From an uncultured Verrucomicrobiota bacterium (GTDB lineage: Bacteria; Verrucomicrobiota; Kiritimatiellia; RZYC01), in the NCBI GenBank assembly GCA_964490935.1, contig CAZBEO010000005.1, positions 7,040 through 71,039 on the forward strand: DNA of 64,000 nt. Direction: 5' to 3'. Position 1 is the first letter of the stretch. Each line of letters begins with the position of its first letter. Shown piece by piece: positions 56,599 to 64,000 of this stretch. Below the pieces are notes generated by a model. The model worked only from the letters and a program-made list of their open reading frames with translations, was not told where the DNA came from and made no database searches. The position numbers and the translations under genes were made by a program.

Positions 56599-57912
56599 AT
56601 GATCTTCGAGGAAAAAGATGAATGCATGGAGCGCGAAGCTCTGCGTGCGCTGCAGGGAAAGCGCCTGCGCGAAACCGTGGAACGCGCCTATAACAAGGTG
56701 CCCTTTTATAAAAAGACGCTCGATGAAGTTGGCGTGGTCCCTTCGGACATAAACAGCATCGATGACATCGTCAAACTCCCCTTCACCGTCAAGGATGACT
56801 TTCGGCGCGAATATCCCTTCGGCCTCTTTTCCGTGCCGATGAAGGAGATCGTCCGACTGCATGCCTCCTCCGGTACTACCGGAAAACCCACCGTGGTCGG
56901 TTACACGCGAGGAGACGTGGCTACCTGGGGCCGCTGCGCGGCCCGGACCCTCGCCTGCGGTGGCGGCACGGCGGACGACATCCTGCAGAATGCCTATGGC
57001 TACGGACTTTTCACCGGCGGACTCGGCCTGCACTACGGAGGCGAAACACTCGGTGCCACCGTGATTCCCATGTCCGGCGGAAACAGCAAAAAGCAGCTCA
57101 TGCTCATGCAGGATTTTGGCACCACCCTGCTTTCCTGTACACCCTCCTATGCCCTGCAGCTCGCGGAAGTCGCCGACGAGGAAGGCATGGACTTCAAAGC
57201 CTTCCAACTCAAGGCGGGATTCTTCGGCGCCGAGCCGTGGACCGAAGAGATGCGCATTCAAATCGAACAGAAGTTGAACCTGAAGGCCCTTGACATCTAC
57301 GGCCTCAGCGAGGTCACCGGCCCGGGTGTGGCCAGCGAATGTCTCGAACAAAACGGGCTGCACGTGTTCGAGGACCACTTCTATCCCGAAATCATTGATC
57401 CGGAAACCGGCCAACCCGTTGCGCCCGGGCAGCAGGGTGAACTCGTCTTTACCTGCATCACCAAACAGGCCATGCCCCTCCTGCGCTATCGTACGCGCGA
57501 CATCACCTCGCTGATCGAGGAGCCCTGCCCCTGCGGACGGACCTCGCGCAAAATGCGGCGCGTCACCGGGCGCACCGACGACATGTTGATCATTCGCGGC
57601 GTCAACGTCTTCCCGTCGCAGATTGAAAGCGTCCTGATGAGCGTGGAGGGCACGGAGCCACACTACGTGATCGTGGTGGACCGCAGCGGCACGATGGATG
57701 ATCTGGAAATCCGCGTGGAAGTCTGCCGCGAGAACTTCTCGGATGAAATCCGCAAGCTCGAAGAGTTGCGCCAACGCATCCGGCATGAAATTCACAGCGT
57801 ACTTGGTTTGCACGCCACGATCTCGTTGATGGAACCCAAGAGCATCGAGCGCAGCCTGGGCAAGGCGGTGCGTGTGATTGATTCAAGAGCAACGGCAAAT
57901 AAAAAAGCATAA
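56599..57912 (+). CDS. Phenylacetate-CoA ligase family (PaaK-like adenylate-forming enzyme)
   Basis: 437 aa. [15 protein letters not shown] (AMP-binding P-loop), YGLSEV and [19 protein letters not shown], the PaaK-specific C-terminus. Confidence 0.85.
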   Translation: MIFEEKDECMEREALRALQGKRLRETVERAYNKVPFYKKTLDEVGVVPSDINSIDDIVKLPFTVKDDFRREYPFGLFSVPMKEIVRLHASSGTTGKPTVVGYTRGDVATWGRCAARTLACGGGTADDILQNAYGYGLFTGGLGLHYGGETLGATVIPMSGGNSKKQLMLMQDFGTTLLSCTPSYALQLAEVADEEGMDFKAFQLKAGFFGAEPWTEEMRIQIEQKLNLKALDIYGLSEVTGPGVASECLEQNGLHVFEDHFYPEIIDPETGQPVAPGQQGELVFTCITKQAMPLLRYRTRDITSLIEEPCPCGRTSRKMRRVTGRTDDMLIIRGVNVFPSQIESVLMSVEGTEPHYVIVVDRSGTMDDLEIRVEVCRENFSDEIRKLEELRQRIRHEIHSVLGLHATISLMEPKSIERSLGKAVRVIDSRATANKKA

Positions 57913-57923
57913 GGAGGACCGGC

Positions 57924-58355
57924 ATGAAGGTAAAACAGGTATCCGTCTTTCTGGAAAATCGGGCGGGCCGCATGGCGGAAGTAGCACGGCTGCTGGGCGA
58001 TCACGGCATCAACATTCGGGCACTCTCCATTGCCGATACTGCCAATTTCGGCATACTGCGCCTGATCGTGAACGATGTGGTGCGGGCGGAAAAAGTATTC
58101 CGCGATGCCGGATTCACCGTGGACCTGACCGACGTCATTGCCATCGAAGTGCCCGACACCCCCGGCGGACTGGCCTCGATTCTGGACACGCTGAACCAAG
58201 CGGGCTTCTCCATTGAATATCTGTACGCCTTTGTGGAGAAGTCGGCGGACAAGGCCGTGGTCGTGTTCCGTTTTGAAGATACCGAAGTCGTCCTCAAGGT
58301 GATTCACACCCTCGGCATTCGGGCGCTTACCGCCGAGCAGGTCTACGCCATGTAG
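57924..58355 (+). CDS. ACT-domain protein (tandem ACT), partner of PaaK-like ligase
   Basis: 143 aa. VSVFLENRAGRMAEVARLLGDHGINIRALSIA is an ACT signature. 11 nt after the ligase gene. Confidence 0.75.
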   Translation: MKVKQVSVFLENRAGRMAEVARLLGDHGINIRALSIADTANFGILRLIVNDVVRAEKVFRDAGFTVDLTDVIAIEVPDTPGGLASILDTLNQAGFSIEYLYAFVEKSADKAVVVFRFEDTEVVLKVIHTLGIRALTAEQVYAM

Positions 58356-58445
58356 AGGCGCGCTGCTTTTAGCGCGTGGTGCTTCCCAAGCGCCACGGGG
58401 GTGCGTAATGTCCGACCTCCATCCGCTCGGCGAGCGAACGGCTAC

Positions 58446-58500
58446 GGAATCTTTTCCAACGATTGGAAAAACCGCATGCAAGTTTTCCAATGGTTGGAAA
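58446..58500. repeat. Two copies of AT-rich palindrome (TTTTCCAACGATTGGAAAAA and TTTTCCAATGGTTGGAAAAA) 9 nt apart
   Basis: Same core as 4877-4991 and 22711-22735. Lies between convergent genes. Confidence 0.85.
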
Positions 58501-58508
58501 AATGGTTT

Positions 58509-61028
58509 TTATCGGAAATTGAAGTAGAGTTCCTTGGGGAGGTTGACGGGGCGCCAATCTGGATTCTCGAGGGTTCCGCCGACCTGAAATTCGAGCAGCA
58601 GTTTGGTGATGGGATAGGTGACGAGGTTGACGAGTTTCGCGATAAAACTTTTGCGGAGGAATTTCACCTGTACGCGGAAATCCAGGGATTGATCGGCCAA
58701 GCCGTATTGGCCACGTATGGCGATGCTGATGAGGGTGCCGTACATACGGGCGTTGTCCATTTGTAGGTGGCCGTCCTGGATGGTGAAGTCGGAATCGAAT
58801 TCGGTTTGGGTTAGGTAGCCGAAGTTGGGAATGATGCGGGAGAGCCACAGAGAAAGCGGGCCGAAGAGGCGTATGCTCAGGAGCATGCCTTCGTCGATGG
58901 TGACATGCCCTTTGGCCACGAGTGAGTTGAGCCAGTTGGTTTCGGTGAGGCCGGAGAGGATGAGGTTTCCGGTGGCGTGGCCCTGCTTGGGGGCGTCGGT
59001 GGGATCGTTGGTGGAGAAGCCGAACTGGCGCATGAGGGCATCGAGCGAAACGTTGGTGAAGGCGGCATCGAGGTTGTAGCGGTAGTCATCGTTGGTGGTG
59101 ATGGGGAAAAAGACCATGGAGCCGGTGGTGCTTCCGCCGCACAGGCGTCCGTAAAAATTTTCTCCGCGGTATTCATCGCCGGTTCCACTCACGGTCATGC
59201 GGCAGTCGTCAAAATCGAGGCTGTAGATGGAGATGTTGGAGGCCTGCATGTCCACTTGAAAATTCATCTGTGTGCGCACGGAATAATCGATGTCGCCCCG
59301 GGCAAGCACGTCGGTGGGGCCTTGGAATTCAAAGGGTTCAAGAATGGTTACGATGATTGGGTGAATCATTTCAGCCATGATTTTCGGATTCATCCGGCTG
59401 GCGATATTGAATTCTACGGTGTCTTCGTTGAGTGGCATGGTGACTTCGCCGGTCATGGCGCCTTCCTCGCGTACGGCTTGAATTCCGCTCAGTTGAATAA
59501 AGTCGTTGGTCACCAAAATTTCAGCGTTGAATTCGCTCAGAGGCGCGCCCTGCCAGGCGAAGTCCTGCATATGGGTGTGGCCTTTGAAGCGAATGCTTTT
59601 AGGGTCGGCCAATTGTCCGGAGAGCGTGCCCTCCACTTCGGGCATCGGGCCGGAGAAGTCGAAACTCCGGATGAAAGCATCCGCCGAGTCGGGCAGCAGG
59701 GGGAGCAGGATTTGAGGATGAAAGGAGAGGTCGAAGTGGTTTACAAAAGAGTTGTTGTTCAGGTAAAGCATGCCGTCGGTTTGCAGGGTGCCTTGGCCGA
59801 GGCCGCCGCCATCGATGGTTGCCTCGCAGCCGTTGAGCCAGAGTACGTCTTTATCCCATTCAAAGGTTATACAGACGTTGCGCAGGGGAATGTCTCGGTA
59901 GAGCACGGTATCGGTTTGGAGACGCCCGATGATGTTCTCGGCGAAGTGTTCCATGGAGGCGGGCTGCACCTGGATGCCGACATCGGCGGTGCCCTCGAAA
60001 CGGAATCCCATATCCTTCAGGAAGCCCTGCCACTCGAGCGGCAGGATGGCCAGGTTTTCATTCATGGTCATGGTGCTGCCGGCAGAGGCTTCGAGGCGGT
60101 CGTTGCCGAAGTCGTCCTCGAGCATGACCGAGCAGCTTCCGCTTGCCGTGTAAAACCGGGCGTTGGTGACGGAGGCGACGCCGTTGGTGAGTTCTCCGGA
60201 GATGACCCAGTTGGTGAGCGCGATTCCCCGGGCCTGCGCCCCGCCGCCAGTCGCATGCAGTGAAATGATGTTTCCATCGAGATGAACGGGATCGAGGCGA
60301 AAGGTGGCTTTCAGGTCTCCGCCGTCGGTAAATGCGCAGGTGTTCAGTTCTTCGGTGATGCCCCGCACCCATTCGGGCATTGGCCCGTCGAGGTTCTTCA
60401 CAAAATGGCTCATCCATTGTTCGTAGATGGATTTCTCAGGGTTCATGTCGTCCGGCAGGGCAAAGAATCCGGTGGCGGAAAAGGGCATGTTGCAGAGGGT
60501 GCCTTTTAAGGTGGTGAAGGTCAGGCCGGCCTCGGAATAGATTAGCTCGCCGACGACGTTTTCCAGAAAGAGGTTTGCGGGAGAGTTGGTTAGAAAGGGG
60601 CCTTCGTAGGTGGCGAGGCGTACCTCGCCGCCTGTCATGAAGAATCGCTCCAGGAGGAGGCCGCCCTGCATCCACTGTTTCCATTGCAGGGTGGTCTTAA
60701 TCTGGCGGGCACCCACCAGCGGGGCGCCGGCCTCCATCCCACTGGAGTAATAGCCCACCTCGTCCAGGATCAGACGGTCAGGCCAATACACCTGTATGGC
60801 ACCGAGGCTTAGGGAGTAGTCCATTTTTTTCAGCTCACGTTCCATGGCGCGCAGGCAGGGTTTCGGTACGCCGAAAAACTGAAGGTACGCCAGGCCCGCA
60901 AGCAGCAGAACGAGTAGAAAAAGGACGAAAAACAGGAGGCGGCGAAGGGCCCGCCCGATCGTGCGGATCGCAGCGTGGCCTTTTCGCTTCAGTGGACGGG
61001 TTGTTTTATTCTGCGGGCTAATTTTCAC
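58509..61028 (-). CDS. Large membrane-anchored AsmA-like / DUF3971-type protein
   Basis: 839 aa. N-terminal transmembrane helix. Beta-rich repetitive body. C-terminal ...GGTLENPDWRPV resembles AsmA_2 C-termini. Confidence 0.4.
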   Translation of the reverse strand: MKISPQNKTTRPLKRKGHAAIRTIGRALRRLLFFVLFLLVLLLAGLAYLQFFGVPKPCLRAMERELKKMDYSLSLGAIQVYWPDRLILDEVGYYSSGMEAGAPLVGARQIKTTLQWKQWMQGGLLLERFFMTGGEVRLATYEGPFLTNSPANLFLENVVGELIYSEAGLTFTTLKGTLCNMPFSATGFFALPDDMNPEKSIYEQWMSHFVKNLDGPMPEWVRGITEELNTCAFTDGGDLKATFRLDPVHLDGNIISLHATGGGAQARGIALTNWVISGELTNGVASVTNARFYTASGSCSVMLEDDFGNDRLEASAGSTMTMNENLAILPLEWQGFLKDMGFRFEGTADVGIQVQPASMEHFAENIIGRLQTDTVLYRDIPLRNVCITFEWDKDVLWLNGCEATIDGGGLGQGTLQTDGMLYLNNNSFVNHFDLSFHPQILLPLLPDSADAFIRSFDFSGPMPEVEGTLSGQLADPKSIRFKGHTHMQDFAWQGAPLSEFNAEILVTNDFIQLSGIQAVREEGAMTGEVTMPLNEDTVEFNIASRMNPKIMAEMIHPIIVTILEPFEFQGPTDVLARGDIDYSVRTQMNFQVDMQASNISIYSLDFDDCRMTVSGTGDEYRGENFYGRLCGGSTTGSMVFFPITTNDDYRYNLDAAFTNVSLDALMRQFGFSTNDPTDAPKQGHATGNLILSGLTETNWLNSLVAKGHVTIDEGMLLSIRLFGPLSLWLSRIIPNFGYLTQTEFDSDFTIQDGHLQMDNARMYGTLISIAIRGQYGLADQSLDFRVQVKFLRKSFIAKLVNLVTYPITKLLLEFQVGGTLENPDWRPVNLPKELYFNFR

Positions 61029-62877
61029 GCGCGGGAGTTTTTTCTTCTGGAGTTGGCGTTTTCGGTACGGGTGCTTCTTTCAGGAGCTCAGCGCACAGAA
61101 TGGCGACCGTAACCCGGTTCAGTTCAAAAACGACATCACGGCCCTGGATCGTGGCATAGACATGCCCGTTTCCGGCGTCGGCGCCGAGCAGCAGGGTCCT
61201 GCCGATTCCGGTGGAGCCACTTAGCCCCAGACGAATGACGGCGTCAGGCTGATCCAGTCCGTACTCGGCCAGGTTTTCAGAATTCTCCGCCACGAAGCGC
61301 TCTGCGGAAAGCCGCAGTATCTGACGCAGAAAAATCTCGAGCGATGCGTCGTCGAGGGTTCGCCCCTTCGGCGTGACGACAAGGAAGGACTGGGTCTGGT
61401 CGTCGTAAGTGAGTTCACACGTTTCGTGGCCTAGCGTTCGGGAGATGCTCAGCACCTGATTGCGCTGAATGTTGAGCAGTTCCCGGGCTCGGTAATAGAG
61501 CGGATTCATGTTCACCGTGTCGGCCAGTTGGGCTGCCACGCCGTAGATCGAGGTGGCGTCCGCACGCACAAGGAGCACGCCGTTTGTAGGTGGAAGCGTA
61601 CTGATCTGCCATCCCGCAAAGGACCTGTTTTCGCTGGCGGAAGAAACAGCCTCCGTCCGATTGGTGGTGATCGAAAGCTCCACGCTGCAACGGGGGGGGG
61701 CAAGTCCGAAGGAGGGCCAGTTCGTGACATCGTCCCCCACATAACTCAGGATGCCCGAGTCGCACCAGTTCTCCATCAGCATATCGATCAGCATGGTGTC
61801 TGCCTTTTCCCGCGAGGGGCGAAGGATTTCCCATTGCCCGTTTTCCGATTTTTGTAGTTCAATGACCTGTTCTGCCGATTTCAGCGTAACGTGACGGACG
61901 GCGGGTGCCGCCAGAGGCGTCAGGCGCCGCGTTCGCAGATCGCTCAGCGGAACGGAAAGCAGGCTCAGAAGGCCGTTGGAGACCACGCAGATGGATGTTT
62001 TGGAACTCCATTTGACGAAGACGCCGTTGGTGGTGGTTTCCGCCGATTTGCCGACCAGCAGGGTGCCTGGGTTCTTGCTGTTTTTCTGCCAAAGGGAAAG
62101 CTCAGCCACGGGATGATCCAGCCCATAGACCGTCAAATCTTTCGCGGAATCAGTCACGAAACGCTCGATTTGCAGCGGAAGCAGTGACTCGAGCAGCCGC
62201 TGTATGGCCGTGACTGAGGCCCGCGTTTTGATCGGCTGCTGAATGACCCATTGGCCGCTATCGAGTCGGCCCGCCTGAATAAAGCCGTCGGCCCTCCGTA
62301 TGCTGAAGCGGGTGATGTCGGAGGCGTTTTCTCTGAAAAGATCACGGACGCGCCATTCGGAGGGAGAAGAGGGAATCATTTTGAGGAGTTCATCATCGAC
62401 CGAGGCGATGACATCTTGGCTTTCTTCTTTAACGTAGACCCGGTTGTCCAGGGTGGACCTTCTGCCGATGAGATACGATTTGGAGCGGTTTTTCCCGGAG
62501 AGGCGGATCGTGGCCTGCGGGGCGTCTAGTCCGTAATCCGAGAGGGTCAGATTGCGCCCTTGACGGTCCTGCGCGGTGATAGCGGCATTTTTACGGAGCA
62601 GTTCGAGATAATAGAGAAAGCGATGAATGAGACCTTCGTCGGCGGGGTCGTCCACCGGTTTTCGGATGTGCCACTGCTCGTCTTCGCGCTCGCAAACGAG
62701 TTGCGTCCCGTCCCGCTCGATCACGATCTTGGATATTTCATCCTGGTCAAAAGTGAAGGCCTTGCGTGCACGGGCATTCTGTTCAGCGGTGGACCAGGTG
62801 TCACGCTCGAAGAAATAAATGAATGCACCCAGCGTAAGAACGAGCACAAAGAGGATGAAGGTAATGGTTCCTTTCAT
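61018..62877 (-). CDS. DUF4340 domain protein (GldG-associated)
   Basis: N-terminal anchor. Repeated DUF4340 modules (...ADLAEYGLDQP.. / LTVYGLDHP). Immediately downstream of a gldG-like gene. Confidence 0.6.
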   Translation of the reverse strand: MKGTITFILFVLVLTLGAFIYFFERDTWSTAEQNARARKAFTFDQDEISKIVIERDGTQLVCEREDEQWHIRKPVDDPADEGLIHRFLYYLELLRKNAAITAQDRQGRNLTLSDYGLDAPQATIRLSGKNRSKSYLIGRRSTLDNRVYVKEESQDVIASVDDELLKMIPSSPSEWRVRDLFRENASDITRFSIRRADGFIQAGRLDSGQWVIQQPIKTRASVTAIQRLLESLLPLQIERFVTDSAKDLTVYGLDHPVAELSLWQKNSKNPGTLLVGKSAETTTNGVFVKWSSKTSICVVSNGLLSLLSVPLSDLRTRRLTPLAAPAVRHVTLKSAEQVIELQKSENGQWEILRPSREKADTMLIDMLMENWCDSGILSYVGDDVTNWPSFGLAPPRCSVELSITTNRTEAVSSASENRSFAGWQISTLPPTNGVLLVRADATSIYGVAAQLADTVNMNPLYYRARELLNIQRNQVLSISRTLGHETCELTYDDQTQSFLVVTPKGRTLDDASLEIFLRQILRLSAERFVAENSENLAEYGLDQPDAVIRLGLSGSTGIGRTLLLGADAGNGHVYATIQGRDVVFELNRVTVAILCAELLKEAPVPKTPTPEEKTPAREN

Positions 62878-62883
62878 GGCGCG

Positions 62884-64000
62884 TTACCCCCTTCTCCGCA
62901 ACCACACCAGCAGACCCAGCAAGGCCACGGAAGCTGGCATCACCCCTGCCGCGATCCAGAAAATGGTCATTTTCTGCGATCGCGTGATGAGCAGCTTGCT
63001 GTGTAAAACCGGTTTGGGTGCAATGCCGATCTGGTCGTCGCGCTCGAGCAGCCAGTTCAGGGCGTTCATGTAAAATTGGATGTTGCCGCCGATCACCCCT
63101 TTGTTGGCCACGAAATCGGAGTCGCCGACCACGACGAGCCGGGTGGGCTTGATCTTGACGTCGATTCCAGGAACGGGCCCCTTTTCCATGGCGAGGGCAA
63201 TGGGTATCGGGCCGGCCAGGTCTTCCTCCACGTCAAAGTGCGCATGCGGGTCTTCGAGGTTGGTTTCACCCCAGCCGTTGGCCGAGGAGGCCGCCAAAAC
63301 GCTGACGTGGGGTCGGTCCGCCGGGTCGGCTGCGCCTTCGTAGGCCAGCGGACGTATAGAACGCGGCAGGTAAAAGACCGAGGTGATCTGCTCCATGTTT
63401 TCGGTGATCGGATGGGCAAAATAGGTTGTGACAAAGAGGTCGCCGCGTCCCGTAAGCGTTTTGGAGGGGTCCACCACCAAGTTGTTTCCCACTTCAATGC
63501 CCCAGTCTTCGAGCAGCAGGTCCAGCCCCGAATCTTTTCCGGCATCGAGCAGGATCATCATGCGCCCGTTGTTTTCGAGATAGGCCGCCAGCAGGTCGAT
63601 TTCGGTGATGGAATAGTCCTTTTCGGGGCCGGCGACGATGAGGGCGTCGCAGTCTTTTGGAATACCCAGGTCATCTCCCAGGCGCAGGAGTTTGACCTCG
63701 ATGGTGTCGCGTTCCATTTCCGCCGCGATTTTTGAGAAGCCGCGACGCTTGTCTGGATCGGTCGGGTTTCCTTCGCCGTGACCCTGGAGGAAATAGACGA
63801 CGGGTTTATCGGCGAGGGTCACCGCTTGAATGGCGGAGGAGAAGGCCCGCTCGCCGCTGAAGGCGGTCTGGACCGGGGGTTGCCCGGATTGCAGCGGGGC
63901 GTAGTCGTAGCGGGCGATTTCCTCTTCGGTGACGAAGCTGCTTCGCCCCTCGTGCTCAAACACCACCACGTTGGATTCTTTCACGCCGTACCGCGTGGAC
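62884..64000 (-). CDS. GldG-family ABC-transporter auxiliary component (5' end beyond window)
   Basis: C-terminal transmembrane anchor plus ...RLVVVGDSDFVANKG... conserved GldG region. The ORF reaches the window edge. Confidence 0.6.
   Translation of the reverse strand, partial: STRYGVKESNVVVFEHEGRSSFVTEEEIARYDYAPLQSGQPPVQTAFSGERAFSSAIQAVTLADKPVVYFLQGHGEGNPTDPDKRRGFSKIAAEMERDTIEVKLLRLGDDLGIPKDCDALIVAGPEKDYSITEIDLLAAYLENNGRMMILLDAGKDSGLDLLLEDWGIEVGNNLVVDPSKTLTGRGDLFVTTYFAHPITENMEQITSVFYLPRSIRPLAYEGAADPADRPHVSVLAASSANGWGETNLEDPHAHFDVEEDLAGPIPIALAMEKGPVPGIDVKIKPTRLVVVGDSDFVANKGVIGGNIQFYMNALNWLLERDDQIGIAPKPVLHSKLLITRSQKMTIFWIAAGVMPASVALLGLLVWLRRRG

Noticed and set aside
56569-57813. 414-aa minus-strand ORF
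   Set aside because: Antisense to the PaaK-like ligase, which carries diagnostic AMP-binding motifs.
58977-60263. 428-aa plus-strand ORF
   Set aside because: Antisense to the 839-aa AsmA-like gene. Gly/Val/Ala/His-rich low-complexity translation.
63076-63735. 219-aa plus-strand ORF
   Set aside because: Antisense to the gldG-like gene, with no motifs.
1-64000. Prophage, integrase, restriction-modification system, or known anti-phage system (CBASS, retron, Thoeris, etc.)
   Set aside because: No recombinase, capsid or terminase, methyltransferase-endonuclease pair, cyclase/effector pair or reverse transcriptase motifs were seen in any long ORF. The only mobile-DNA signatures are the repeat-bounded islet and the RAYT remnants.

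Overview
High-GC (~58%) Gram-negative-type chromosomal window, with PEP-CTERM proteins, many hybrid histidine kinases, Hanks-type kinases and RAYT-like transposase remnants (Verrucomicrobia/Kiritimatiellota-like flavour). Content from 5' to 3': a carotenoid cluster (partial desaturase, membrane protein, crtB, crtI-like desaturase, alpha/beta hydrolase); a ~2.4 kb low-GC islet inserted at the 3' end of the hydrolase gene, bounded by ~50-bp imperfect direct repeats, starting with a tandem array of AT-rich palindromes and carrying orphan small ORFs; a frameshifted PEP-CTERM gene; a minus-strand phenolic-lipid-type operon (DUF2147, type III PKS, fused FAD-monooxygenase::methyltransferase, second methyltransferase); a truncated PTS-EIIA-domain membrane protein next to a LamG/thrombospondin-repeat protein; an AAA+ ATPase; two decayed IS200/RAYT-like transposase fragments flanking a PEP-CTERM remnant; a PocR-type hybrid histidine kinase; a phospholipase D; DUF480; a dTDP-rhamnose operon (rmlA, rmlD, rmlB) with carB embedded; an AI-2E transporter; a glycosyltransferase; uracil permease; a Spy/CpxP chaperone; tRNA-Cys; a hybrid HK, zinc-ribbon protein and Ser/Thr kinase; serC; tRNA-Arg; three paralogous GT-C (ArnT/PMT-like) glycosyltransferases; an S1/P1 nuclease; an SPFH-DUF4339 protein next to a Tim44-like/TerB membrane protein; a second large Ser/Thr kinase; STAS, DUF4404, TPR and BON proteins; a porin; a PaaK-family CoA ligase with ACT partner; an AsmA-like protein; DUF4340; and partial GldG. 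No CRISPR array, integrase or intact transposase was found. The most system-like novel candidates are the PKS/fused hydroxylase-methyltransferase operon and the repeat-bounded low-GC islet with its palindrome array and orphan gene pair. The same AT-rich palindrome (TTTTCCAAYGRTTGGAAAA) recurs at three convergent intergenic sites.
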